The position numbers and the translations under genes were made by a program. Below the pieces are notes generated by a model. The model was not told the DNA's origin. It ran no database searches and saw only the letters and a list, made by a program, of their open reading frames with translations. From contig NW_005434622.1 in NCBI RefSeq assembly GCF_000315625.1, positions 200,883 to 264,882 of the forward strand: DNA of 64,000 bases. The letters run 5' to 3'. Of this stretch, positions 26,614 through 40,100 are shown one piece after another. The stretch is from Guillardia theta CCMP2712 (Eukaryota; Protista; Cryptophyta). The first letter of the stretch is position 1, and each line of letters opens with the position of its first letter.

Positions 26614-27908
26614 TTATCTCCGAAATCCTCGCATCGCTGAGCTGCAAGCCAGGATTCCACCTAGGACGGTCAGGGAAGCGAAGGCCGCAGCCAAGATGCG
26701 ATCTTGAACGCTGGCACGTCTGAGAGCTTCGTGGTAGGGGATGCGGGTGAAAGTGACCTGCCGTAAGACTTGAATGGGAGGAAGAGGAAGAAAGGAGGAG
26801 GTGAAAGAGAGAAGCTGATAGTACAAGTGGGCCAGCGAAGACGGAGAGGCGGTACATGCAGAAGAAAGTTGGAGGATGACGAGAGGGAGGAAGTTGATAC
26901 CATGGTGTAGAGCGGAATCCACTTTCCCGGAAAGATATCTTCAAGCAACCAATCTACCTTCTATTCATCATTGTCAGCTTCACCTCACGAGCATCAGGAA
27001 AGGGGGCAGGGGAGGGGGGGAGGGGAGGAGGGCAGGGGAGTGATGGGGGAAGGGGAGGTGAAGAGGGGAAAGGATGAGAGTGCAGGAGCATGCTTGAGTA
27101 GATTCGCTCGCCTTCTTCATGATGAACAACTTTGAGTTGGTCTTGCTCTGCATCTCCTTGTGGTTTTGAATAGAAGCTTGCACCTGCCCCCAGGTGTGAG
27201 AGGTGGGAGAGCAGCAGGATGGCAGGATGGCAGGAGGATGGCAGGAGGAGAGGAGGACAGGTATGGAGGAGGAGAGGAGGAGCAAGGGAGTGAGGGATCG
27301 AGCAGGTTGAGGACGATGGCGAGGCCGGAGAGGGATGGAGCAAGTTCTAGGGCAGGAGTACCAGCCCCCTGCGAGAAGGAACGAGCTCCTTGGACAGGTC
27401 AGCGAAGGTAGCGAGGAAGTCCCCCCCTCGCTCCTCGAGCAGCTCATCCTGCGACACGTGGTGAGATGGGAAGAAGAGATGGAAGAAAGAGAGAGGAGAG
27501 ATCATATGCAAGAAAAGAAAACGAATGAGCAGAGGGAGAGGAGTGAAGAGAGGGGTGCAGGTAGAGTGAGGAAGAGGAGNNNNNNNNNNNNNNNNNNNNN
27601 NNNNNNNNNNNNNNNNNNNNNNNNNNNNNNNNNNNNNNNNNNNNNNNNNNNNNNNNNNNNNNNNNNNNNNNNNNNNNNNCGTGGAGGAGGAGGAGGAGGA
27701 GGAGAAGTGAGAGACAGGTGGGATGAGGAGTGCAGAGGAGGGTGATAGGAGAGCCGGGAGAGAAGGGTGGAGCGTTAAGAGCGAAGGGAGCGAAGGGATT
27801 GAGAGGCAGGGGAATGAGAGCAGGAGAGATTGGTGAGGAGAACCTTGTGATGCCAGGGATCGCAAGTAATGCTCAAGAGGGGACTGAAAGACCAAGTCAA
27901 TGCCGAGA

Positions 27909-27954
<46 letters not shown>

Positions 27955-30717
27955 CGACGACGACGACGACGACGATGATGACGATGATGATGATGACGAT
28001 GACGATGATGACAATGATGATGATATGACGATGCTTGTGTCTCTAGTATGTGTTTCATCTTTCTAACTCTAACTCTAACTCTAACTCTAACTCTAACTCT
28101 AACTCTAACTCTAACTCCATTTTCATCTCCATCTTCCTCCCTACCTCATTGGATTGCCGAAGAAGTCCTCGACAAGTGTTGGCATCAGGGCAAAGTTGTC
28201 AGCTGAAGCCCAAACGTGAGAAGTAAAAACAATCGCAAACAGAAGCAAAAGTCAAGAAACGAAAGACAAGTCAGGAAGTTGCACCAAGGTTTCAAATCAG
28301 CAAGATCCCACCTGCGACATCCGGAAACCATTCTTGGAAGAAAGCTATGCGAAAGATGAATGTCAAGGGGAGGACATGAAAGAAATGAATGAAGACGAGG
28401 GAGAGCAGAGGACACGAGGAGATGACAAGAGAGAAGCGACGGGAGGAGGGCGTGAGAGGAGGGAGCAGAGGAGAAGGGAGGAGGAGGAGGAGGAGGAGGA
28501 GGAGGAGGAGGAGGAGGAAGGAGGAGGACGAGATGGCGAAGTTTGTGTCGGTTGTCTTACACTTGAGTTGCTCTGGCGTCTTGATCTTCTCGATCTCTTC
28601 GAAGGATATGAAGAGAGTGGCTGTGAAAGATTTGTCCGCGTTGGGAAGAGCTGCAGGTGAAGTCAAACAGACTCCCTCCCCAACCACCCTCGTTCATTTG
28701 CAGAGTTTCCTCCCTCCTCCTTCCTCCCTTTCCTCGTCGCTCCTGCATCCCTCGTCCCTTCCTCCGCTCTGCTGTTCCCCTTTTCTCTCCACCACCTCCC
28801 TGCTCCCTGCTCCCTGCTCCCTGCTCCCTCTCCTTCTGCAACTAGTCGCTCACCGATCAGCATGAATTCTTCTCTCGGCCAAATGTGCAGAGCCTGCCGG
28901 CCCGTCAGACGTCACAAGTCTTGCTGAGCTCAAACCACCCGCGCGTGCATGGCGAAGTCTCCGGCAGGTGTTGGGGGGATAGTGAGCTCCTGGCAAGAGC
29001 AGGTGAGGAGGGAGAGGGAGAGGGAGAGGGAGAGGGAGAGGAAGAGGAAGAGGGAGAGAGAGCACGAGCACAGGAAGACACACCTTGTACCCTGTTGTGA
29101 TGTACTCGCGTGAGAAGTTCATGCGCTCTACCCTTGCAAGAGCCTCTCGCACCTGCGTGAGTAGATGAGCTTGCTGCCTGCAAACGGTCCACCCCTCCTT
29201 GATCTCGTCCTCATCTTACAAAAGCTCCTCCCGTCCTCATCCTCCTCCTCCTCCTTCCTCCCTCCTCTCCTTCTTCATCTCCTCCTCCCCCCTCCTCCTT
29301 CGTCTCCTCCTCCCCACCCTCCCTACTCTCCTCCTACCTCTACTCCTTACTGTCTTCCTCTCCCATGTCCAGATCACTTCCGTCCTTTCCTCCTCCATAA
29401 ATCGCGTTGTAATCCTCCTGCTCCTCACCTTTGAGAACGCGCCATCGGCTCCGATGACGCATCTCGCCTTGACCGAGCTCCTGTCGCCCTCCTTGCCCGT
29501 CACATTCACCACGTTGGCAGACGAGTCGAAGGATTCGAACTGGAAGCGCAAGGAAGGTCAGAGGAGCAGCAAAGATTGCAAGTGGTGAGGGAGGGAGGCA
29601 GAGGCAGAGAAGGGGCGGAAGAAGGGGAGGAGGTGCGAGGGAGAGTGCGCTGAATTATTCTTTCAACATGAAGAGAGAAATAGACAAGAACAAACGCAAG
29701 AGACGAACAGAAGGAGATGAGGAGAGACGAACTTTCACCTTCTTCTCGAACTCTACCGACACGTTGGGCATCCCTTCGATCTCCTCTAGCAGCGCAAAGT
29801 TGAGGTCCTCCCGGGAGATGGAGAAAATGGCGTGACCGGGCCTGTCAGGCAGTGAGGGAGGAGAAGGAGGATATCGGGGATACAAGGAAACGATGGTCGA
29901 GGGGAGGGCGAAGAGACCAGGTGGGATCATGGACGAGAACAAAAGGAGGGGAAGGATGGGAGAAATAAACTGCGAGAAAAGAGCCAGACAGCAGAGGCTT
30001 GCGACTGAGACACTGGATGGACGCAGGCAGGAAGGAATAGGAGGGAGGTAAGGGAGAAGGGAGGGAGCGAGGGAGCGAGGCAGGGAGAGGAGGGAGGGAG
30101 GCAGGGAGAGGAGGGAGGGAGAGAAGGAGGAAGAGAGGGAGGAAGAGAGGGAGCGAGGCAGGGAGGGAGGGAGAGAGGGAGGGAGAGAGGGAGGGAGAGA
30201 GGGAGGGAGACAAGACAAGCGTGACGCTGGCCACGAGGAAGAGCTACCTGTGGTCGTAAGGCTGCAACACGCTCTTGTTCTTGTCAGCTTCTCCAGGAGG
30301 ATGTATCATCCTTCCTTCCATCGCGATCGCCTGCTCCATCACCTTCCCTTCCATCCCGATCTTCCTCAGCGCACAGAGGCCGCGGTGGGACAGCGCCAGG
30401 TTGATAGACCTCTTGGTGGTGTTGCACAGCATGCCATGAAGGCCGTTTACATCTGCATCGTCCACATCACCTCCCCTCCCAGGAGCAGCAGGAGTAGCAG
30501 GAGCAGCAGGAGCAGCAGGAGCAGCAGGAGCAGCAGGAGCAGCAGGAGCAGCAGGAGCAGGAACCAAGCTCTCACCCTGCTGCGAAGACCTTCGAGGGTC
30601 CTGTCGCCCCTCATACAGCTGCACTCGGCATCCTCGTCTCCCCATGAGGATCGCTGCCATGGACCCCACAAGCCCCGCCCCGATGATCACCACAGGCTCT
30701 TGATTCGTTTCCGCCAT
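26614..30717 (-). CDS. KMO: Kynurenine 3-monooxygenase (FAD-dependent), multi-exon, interrupted by an assembly gap
   Basis: VVIIGAGLVGS (FAD-binding GxGxxG), RSINLALSHRGLCAL, AIAMEGRMIH, SISREDLN, CVIGADGAFSK|VR, YITTGYK|ELTIP, ALHIWPR, ALPNADKSFTATLF, ITCDPWH, NHKEM, WIPLYTM|VTFTRIPY and a C-terminal TM anchor. The expected GDAAH..GQGMN exon is not visible and probably lies in the N gap. Confidence 0.93.
27580..27679. other. Assembly gap (100 N)
   Basis: Run of exactly 100 N flanked by GA-rich repeats; probably a placeholder of unknown true size. Confidence 0.99.
27908..28117. repeat. Intronic (GAT/GAC)n followed by (CTCTAA)n microsatellites
   Basis: GAT/GAC run at 27908-28025; (CTCTAA) about 9 copies at 28063-28117, within a KMO intron. 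Confidence 0.9.
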
Positions 30718-33700
30718 GTTGTCGATGCTGCTCTAGCGTCAAGTTTCTTTGTTATCTCCAGCTCCCCCACCTGCTCCCATCGCTCGCACTCCCTCATCCT
30801 TCCTCTTCCCTTCCCGTCTCCTCCCCCTTGTCGCCCACACTGCTGAACTACAATTCGCTGGCGTGCTTCCTTCCTAACTTTCCCATCACGACCCATAGTC
30901 TCAATCTCCTCGGTGCTTCTCATGTTTCACGTCTTTCTACTTTCTAGAGCACGATACCACTTCTCCTCCCTCCCTCCACCAGCCGTGCCCTCCATCTCCC
31001 CTTCTCCTCACTGTCGTGCTGTTCCTGTAACGAGGTTCTTCTCTTCGTGTTTCCTCCATACTCCGTCCAACCTCATGAGCCACATTGCTCCACTCCACAC
31101 CACATGCTTCTAGTCTCTCTTCCTTGTGCTCTCCTCTTCTTCTGCCTCTCCCTTCCTCTCCTTCTTCTTCTCCTTCCCGCTTCATGTTCGCACGAGTGTT
31201 TTGCTTACTTACATCACAAACAAAAAAAAAACTTTCAAGCACAGGTTTTACACAGCCGCCGGCCTTGCCAACGGTTCAACGGTTGCCACTGAACTTTCAG
31301 CCCCGGCCGTTGAAGGCCAAGTCACCGTGGCAGTGCGCCTCAGCCGAGTCACTGGGCAGGCCGGGCACGCCGCCGCCCCGGCCCGGGCCTGTACTACCGT
31401 GCCGGTACTCCGGGGGTGACGGTACCCGGTACTATTACCGTACCGCGAGCCCTAGGCTGAGTCAGTGGTCGGGCCGCAAAGCCGCCGGGGAGGGACTGTC
31501 GCCACAGGCCCGGGGCCATCCCGGCGGCCATGATCCGGCGAGCCTGAAGACTCAGTGACTCGGAAAGTCATAGTGATCACTACACTGTGACACGGCCGCC
31601 CCGCGGCCGCCGGCCCGGTGTACTCGATGAGGCTCTCCTACTACCGGAACTTCGGAATGTGACGCGGCCCGCGATGATGGCAGCGAAGCCTGGGACAGGG
31701 AGGCCTTGAGTGAGCTGACGAACAATCCTGGACCGGAGTAGTCACGCGGCCGGGCCCGGCCTGGCCGCCGGGTCGGGCCCAGTGCCGCTGCCCAGTGAGA
31801 GTCGGACTGAGGCTCAGGCCCGAGGCTGTGAGGGGCGATGCAATGAGGCGGGCTTGCCCTCATCATCCAGTAGCGCCGGTACGGTTCGGACGGTTACCAG
31901 AAAGCCCGCGGGCCCTGTCGTAAAGATCTCCTTTAAAACCCGAGTTATAGTTTTTAAAAGAATTGGGAGGCAAAAAAAAAAAGCCATCGGTAATGGAGCA
32001 AGGAGGCGGGGCTGTAGGGGGCTGCAGTACCGCTAGTACCCCTGGCCTCCTCCTACATATCCAACTTATAGATGGGTGGGGTACATTCCTTATCAAAAAA
32101 ACTGCTTCCACATCTGGAAGCAGACTCAAGCTTTTTTTCCGGCCCTAACCACCCCTCCCATGAACAATACTACCCTACCTCCCATGTCCTAGCTCAAAGT
32201 GTTTCTCCCACCCACCCTCGTTTTCATACTATCACCTCAGCCGTTCATCACCCCACCCCAGGGATCAATAGACGCCTTCAATACCACCCTCTTGATTTGA
32301 TACCTTTGCCAGTCCGAATGATCAAAATCACTCTCTCCACCCCTACCCCTGCTTCTGTGCCTTCCTGCCCCTGCAGAGGGAGGTTGTGCCTGTGGATGCA
32401 AGTCACGGGGATACCTCGTGACCCCCAACCTACCCCCGTTTCCAACCAGAAACCAATGAACAGCAACCACCACCCCACTTTCATCACCACCCCGCCCCCC
32501 TTATCTCCGATTCGTTAAAAGTCCCCCGTTATGGGAGGGGTGGGGTAAAGTACCCACCCATGTGATTTATTGTACTGGTTTAAATTACGACCTGGTCATT
32601 GGTCAGCACCCCTCATTTCTCCTCCCCACACCCACCCTTTGATCTCTGTCAATCAAATGGATCCCTTCAGGGTCTGTACCCCAACCCCTGGTTCACGAAC
32701 CCACACCCACCCAGACCAGAAGGGTACCACCGGGCTTCTCCCATATTTTACACTCAGTGGATAGGGGCATTACCCTCAAGGGGTGGGTGGTGCTCCCTTC
32801 CTGGTGACTGTCACGATCATGTCAACTCGCCAGAACTATTGTCCACCCCACCCACCCATAGGGATCCATAGATGTACCCCACCCTCGACCACATACCTAC
32901 CCCTACCCACTTCAGAATGAAGTCACCCAAGCACGTCCATTGTCTGCGAAGTCTGCCATGTGGCTGCTTTCTTTCCCTCCACCCCAGTACCCCACCCATT
33001 CACATGCAAATTGTATAGCAAATCACCCGGTTGCGCGTTGGGGAACCTCGTTCCTTCCACAACCTCTTGTACCCCACCCCTCTAGCTCACAATCAATTTC
33101 TCCCCACCCACCTATGTACCCATCAACCCCACCTCACTGATGATGTACACTATTGGGTACCCCACCCTTAAAAGTTGCCATGGTCCGAACGAGCGTCGTT
33201 TGCCTTCTGCTCACGGTGACTCCAGTACCCACCCCCCTAGTAATCTGTTCACAGATGACACGACCCCCCTGTTCTTGGAGCCGGTTTCTTCAACATTTCT
33301 CCCCCACCCTACCCCTAGCACAGTGATATTTGACCCCACCCACCCCATCAAGCCCCCCTTCACCGGTGCATCCTCCCCTCTGCTCCTTCCCGCTCACCCG
33401 CACCCTGCTCGCTCCCCCTCCCCCCCCTTGCTCCTTGGCCGCTATCCCATAGAAGATCGAGCATTTCCTGTCTCGTCCTCTTTCTATCTCTCCTTCTTCC
33501 TAACACTTCCGCATCATCTCTTGTTACTCTCACTCTCACTCGCCCTGCGCGCCTTGACCTTCTCAATCGAAGTTACTTCGTCGCCTTGCTTTACTTCAAC
33601 CCTGTTTGAGAGCTGATTGCTTCAACCCTGTTTGAGAGCTGACTTTGATGCAACGATTCTACTTGAATCTTGTTCCCGTGTTTGATCTGTAATTTTTGTT

Positions 33701-34180
33701 TCAATATTTGATGTTATCTTCTTTATGGGCTTAATTTCTTCCAGGTTGGCAACCTGATATACCTCATTAGTATCAGTTACACGAGGAGTATCTTCGTTTT
33801 AATTTCGACCGAAGCATTCCCTTCCGTGTTTTGTGTATTCTACAAGTTCTTGGAATATGATATGATTTGGTTTACTTCCGATAATTGACGTTCGATCACT
33901 CTTTTTTTGACCTTCACTTGTGATCTGGGTACCCATATTGTCGAAACTTTGCCTGTCGCTTTTATTCCGATTCCTTGAGTTATGATCCTTTCTTGAGAAA
34001 CATGTGTCGGATATTGTCTTAATGCTCTATGTGTTGCTTGTAAACCAAGACGCTACGATTCTGATTGGACTTGCCAGATCCATCTGTATTCGACATTTTG
34101 CGAACCTTAGCAGTCCTTCAAGGCAACAGGGAATTCTTGTATCGTGGATCTTAAGCGAAGGGTCCAAAACGCTTCTTTGA

Positions 34181-37100
34181 ATGGAACAACAGCAGGCCTG
34201 GGCAAGGCAGTTAGCAGCCGCTCAGTCTGCTTCGAACAGTTCATCGTTAGGAATGAATCACAACAGTATCTCGGCGAGCTCGCCATTTGCCGGAGCAGGA
34301 ATCCCCTCGGGCCTCCTTTCAGGAATTAGCACCTCGCTTTCTGGTGGACTTGGAGCTGGAATCGGTCTTCAGAATGTTTCTGGGATCCAACAGCAGCTAT
34401 TCCAGAGCGCCGCTTCTCCAGCCAGTGCCTTCATGCAACAACAAGACGCCAACGATTTGGTGGGTTTGCTTGTTTACAGGAATTCATGTGATGCTTATTC
34501 TTCTTCAGATGGCTCATTTGAGGCAGTTGAATCCCAACGAGCTTGCATCACTCTTGGGCAACGGAGGGATGAATGTGTAAGTTTTGTGTTGAGAGTATCT
34601 TTGCTCCCAACCTTACTTGTGCATCGCAGGAATATCAGTGGCCTTCCTGGTGCAGGTGTGAAGAGGAAATAGAGAAGGTTGGGGTTAGCATAATGTGTTT
34701 TCCTTTGAAAAGCAGGGCTTGGCCTCCAGGGTCTGCAAGGATTGCCAGCTCACCTGCAGGTACACCAATGTTTTTTCTCTGCCTCGCATGGTACAAAATG
34801 GTTTACAACCGTGCTTACAGCAAGCGGCATCGTCGCAAGGCTTGTCGTTGGACTCCTCTGCACTCTATGCGGCAGCTGTTTCAGGTAAACTGACAATTTT
34901 TCTTGTTGTCATCGCACTGGTTGAGCTAGATGTCAGGGAGAAATTCAGCACTAGGTGATCAGGGCTCTCAGCATGTGGCTTCGCAAATGGACCAAGTATG
35001 TTCAATCATGCCCGTTCGTATCCGCTTTTTACTTTCCTATTCCTTTGATTGAATCAGTTGGAGCAAAAGCAATCCCAACAGGTGACGCTTTCAGTATTGC
35101 TGATCTTCGTTGACTGAATGATTCAAGCAGAAGGAGGGAAGCATCAAACCTGTCGCACAACCAGCAAGCAAAGTAAAACAGGTCAGTGCGGTCACTTGGT
35201 TTGAAGTCAGAGTGAAAGACGCAAAAGGAGCCAAATGCTAATCGCTCCAAGGAAGTTCCGAAGGATGCGAAGCCGGTATTTGTCGCAGAATTCCGTATAA
35301 ACGATGATTTTGAGATTCAGTCCCAACCAACCAAGACTCCGACTTCGCAGGGACAGCTTTTTTCTGCACAGACAGTGCAACCGAATCGAGGTAGATTCTT
35401 TGCTTAATTCCAAACATGATGGTGAGGGCTTGATTCGTAGAATCTATTTCCGAGTCTTCGATCTTGCAGCAACAGCAGCAGCTTCAACAGTTGCAGGTAT
35501 TGAAAGTTTGTTTCAAAAATCTTGCTCTGTTTCTTATCGAGTCTTGTCTAGTTGCAACTTGCCCAGCAGCCACAACTTGCATCTCTCGGAGGTGATTTGT
35601 TCACTTTCCGCTGGATCTAGGTGGTCCGTCTAGCTTAATGCGCAACCAGGTGCCGATGCACTGCAGCATCTTCAACAACTGCAACAACAACTACAACAAC
35701 AACAACAATTGCTTCTCCTTCAACAACAGGTCAATAGATACTTTTATGTTTTCCCAAGTGTCTGTCTGTTTGCTTTCAAATCTCTGCCAATTTATGTGAT
35801 TTTTTCTTAACGTATTTTCGGTACCAACAGTGGGTGAGTCATGTGGACTTGTGGACTTTGCTCGATCTATCTCAGCCTAGTTTCTGAATGGTTCATACTG
35901 TGATCTCCAACTGATGAGCTCCACCATCACTAACAGGAGAAGGGTGGAGATGTTGGCAATGCAGCAGATCTTCACTTGGTATTCCAACTCTTAATGTAAT
36001 CGGATTTGATACCTGATTTGATTTTTGTTTGATTAGTTGCAACAACATTTGCAGCAGCAACTGCAGATGCAGGTACTTTCAATCTGGACAGCTTGACAAC
36101 CTTGGAGGAGCCGGAATTGATCTCGTTCACTTTAGTTGCAGCAGGGAGGTTCGCTCTCTCTTGGGGACTTAGGACTGGATCAACATCAGCTGCTTCAGCA
36201 GCTGCAACAGGTATAATGCCTACGGATGTTTCACCGTTGTCTTGACACTATTCTGGTGCTAGTTGCAAAACATTGGAGCCCAGGAGCAATTTGCTCGAGC
36301 CATCCAACAGCAAATCCAGGGACAACTGCAACAGCAGGTATGTGCACACTCGAGTGAAAGCTCGAGCTCTGTTTGAGCATCTGCTTCAGCTTCAGCTTCA
36401 ACTCCAGCAGCAGCTGCAGGAAGGTCATCCTCATCAACTAGCTCAGCTGCAGCTGCAGCTGCAACACCTACAGGGAGACGCAGCGAGCAGTGTGGTAACC
36501 TAGAACTGCTCTCATCCTTCAAACTCTTAGTTTTCGTTTCCCTCTAAAGCTCCAGCTCCAGCTCCAGCAGCAGCTCCAGCAGCAGCTCCTGCAGCAGGTA
36601 GCACCACAAGGATGCCAAGTGAATGGACTGAAGTTTGAATAGGCTGAGATGGGAGCCTCCGCCCAGCAGCTCCAGCTCCTGCAGCAACAGGTCAGACTCA
36701 GCCCATGCTTGCACTTCGAGTGTTTGACTGACTTGATCGCAGGCACAGCAGCATCTTCAGGTACTTCCTTCGTTGCCGCAGGATAGAAATGCGACATTGG
36801 CATATTTATGATTGCGACAGGATCCATCGGCTCTTGCTGGACTGACTCAAAGCCAACAGCTGCAACTGCAGCAGGCAATGTACATTATCATTCAGAGGCT
36901 GAAGCTGACATGGTCCCACAGCACATGCAGCAGTGGTCTGAGCAGCAGCGGCTCCAAGGTGGTGCTCAGGTTCACTTCAACTTTCCCCAGGATCCAACAG
37001 GGTGCTGACGGACTGTCAGTCACACTTGCAGCAACTGCTCCAATCTCAGCAGTCAGAGGTGCTGTGACCTTCTGGCTGACCTACTGCTCTGGTTGTGAGC

Positions 37101-40100
37101 CTATTTCTCTGCCGCAGAACTCGTCTGGGGAGAATGCGAGCAACTCGAAGGGACAAGGGTTTCAGGTAAGTCAAAAGCGTGTAAGTGGAGCGATGTCGAT
37201 GAAAGGAAGTGACAGCATCCGCAGGGCGATGGTCTCAGGAAGCCCGGCGCGGTGTGGAAAATATTCCCTGTTGTCTTTGCTGTTCGCTGATGCAGTTTTT
37301 TTATCCGCATGACAGGCTCAAGGGTCTCAGGTTGTTATCTTTGCGAGTTCGCCATCATGTTCTCACATGGCCACTGCAGAACGAGCAGAGGAATGTCGCG
37401 TCCAACGAACAGACCCAAGTTCTGCAAGCCCTGCAAACTATCCAGCAGCAGGTGCTTCTTTATCATTCCTGCATCAAAGTCGAGCGATGTTTGACAGGTC
37501 CAAGCACTGCAAGCTCAGCAGCAGTTGCAACTGCTGCAAGCGATGCAGGTAAGGATCGTTTTATCCTTGCTTAATGTCTGACATGCTTTCAAAAGATCCC
37601 TGGGGTTACTCAGGATCAAATCCAGCAGATTCAGCTCCTGCATCAGCAGCAGCTCCAGCAGCAGCTCCAGCAGCAGGTTGATGATTTCTGCCTTGTCTTC
37701 CTTTCTCTGATACTTCTCGCAGCAACAACTTCAGCAGCTGCTTCAGCAGGTAATGGATTCTTCAGATCGTCGTCTCTATTTCCGTGTTGTCTATCTGATG
37801 GTTTCCTTTTCGCTCCTTCCCTCTCACTCAACAGCAACAGAGGCAAGGCCAGGCCGTATCACAAGGCAAGCAGGCTGATGGATCCCATGGTCATGGCTCA
37901 GGCATCTCCCTCGGGGCTCGTCGTGAGCAGGTCGGTCAAGAGAGCGTTGTGATGGCTGAGATGCCGTTAGTGATGGTTGCTGGTACAGGATGATAAGTTG
38001 AAACCTATCATCAAGCGTGAAGATCCCGGAAAGGGCCTCTCGGCCGACATGTTCAGAAAGGATCAGCGCTTCAAGGACTCGGAGGGTGATGAGCGCGGCC
38101 GGGGATTTGCCGCTGAAGAAGGCGCGCTGGCCGCCATGAGCACGGTCACTTGTCCACGGTCGACAATGTAGCAGCTCACCTCGGTTGAGTTCAGGTGTTG
38201 GAGGAGGCGACGGAATTCCTGAAGCAGCAGAAGAAGAAGCCGATGGAAGGAGGTACTCAGCGTGCCGCCAATGCGATGGATAAGGATCAGGACGAGTCTG
38301 ACATGAAGTGGATCTCTGGTGAGACGAGCAACCTTTTCTTGTCCCTGCTTTCGTTTTGACAGCTGACAGGTGGAGACTTTTCTGGAGCGAAAAAGAATCA
38401 GCGCCCGATCCCTCTGAAGCCTGGGGTGGAGAAGAAGGTATGTGCCACATTGCAGCTTGAGGTTGCTCACCAAGCTCGCAGGTGTTGGCTGAAAACAACA
38501 CGTTTTTGAGCGCATTTGGATCTCGCGGACTGCCGTTCCAACTCCCTTCTACTGAATTCTTGCCGCCCTCATCTTCTGAAGCGCGATCTCTGGCTGTAAC
38601 GGACAAGGACCTCAAGTACATCGTCCTTGTTTTGATGCAGGAGACGCTGTACACTGGCATGTTGCAAGATTGGGAGCACCTGCTCGGAGGAGGAGCAAGC
38701 TTGAATCTTGTACAAGAGACTCTCAGCATCCTTTCTGTCGCCCAAGACTTGTCCCAGTCCGACTTGAAGTCGATCCTCCGAGTCAAAGAGAGAGGGTTGA
38801 GCGAAGCCTGGAAGAGAATCTGGGCTACTCTGCATGAGAGTCTGGGCTGCACTTCTAAGAACCTCCTCGGGTTCGCTCAATCTGCCCTCCGATTGGCTGT
38901 CGAGAGGCGATACATCCTGTCTAGCGAGCATCGTGCGCAGGTTCAGTCTCGGTTGGCTCAGCACATGGGGTCCAAGGCTGGCCAAGTTTTCACACAAGAG
39001 TTGGGAGGCGACTGGGCGAAGCTCAGGATGTACCTCTCTCGCTCCCTGGCGAGCTTAGAGGAGGTGAGTGCATGCGTTCCTTTGTCATCGAGCCCCTCAC
39101 TTGGTTGGAAGGGCTTCGCTCGGGAGGCAATGAAGCCGGAGCAGGTGGACAAGGGTCCTGACGAGCCCACTGGCGTCATCAAGTCGTGCATCATCATCGC
39201 CAGGTTCCTCGGGGACTCCGGCCAGTTCCGAGAGGCCGACATCCTCTTCGACCGAGCGCGAATCCTCGCCATCAAGGGAGGAAACAAGCACTTCTGCGCC
39301 GAGGTAAGCGATGGTCGACGGCGAGTGTCCCTCCTCTCATGCGCGCTTCAGGTCTCCTTGTACTGTGCTGAGCTCCTCAACAAGTGGAGCTCCTCCGACC
39401 CTGCCTACTCGGTTGACACCATGGCGCGTTCGGCTGAGTACGCAAGCGAGGCGGCGCAGCTGTACGAGTCCCTCGACATTGTCAACGATATCCCGACTCA
39501 AGAGAAATTCAGTCAGGTAAAGGAATTTCCTCTCTTTCCCCCCTCTCCCCTGTGCTGACGGAGCCCCGCAGGCTCTCTACTGGAAGGGGCTCAACTACTC
39601 CACTCTCTGCCGTCTTGGAGGAACTGAACGATCCTCCGCCGAAGTCTCATGCGCGACTGCCCGCGAGGCCCTCGACAAGTGCCTGAGCGTCCGCAAGGCG
39701 ATCAAGGCGGCTCCTGCTAAGATCGCGGAGGTTCAGTTCGCTCGTGGTGTCTTGACCTTCTGCATGGCCGAGGCCCTAGCAGCAGGTGACATGGTCTGCC
39801 CTGGGCGCCTCGTGGGCTGATGAATGTATTGCAGGTCACATCTTCAAGGGAACTCCCAACAAGGACGAGGCAGTCCAGGGCCTCTATGCCGAGGCTCTTC
39901 AGCTCTTCCAGGATGTCTACGAGGACTGGAGATCTCGCCTCGGAGAGACGTCCTTGGAGACGGTGAAAGCGATCACGATGCTTGGAACGGTGAGCAGCAA
40001 GTTGAAGGGGCCGGAGGCTGCCATCGAGTGGTCCAAGAAGGAAGTCCAGATCCGCGAGGAGGTGCAGGGGAAACTTCACCCCCGCACCCAGCAGGCTCGC

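Noticed and set aside
28063-28117. (TTAGAG)n as an interstitial telomere
   Set aside because: Only about 9 units, not TTAGGG, and it sits among other intronic SSRs; more simply a microsatellite.
33594-33643. Direct repeats as target-site duplications or LTRs (also 11121-11160 and 8718-8792)
   Set aside because: These are adjacent two-copy tandem duplications of 20-37 bp with no intervening element or transposase.
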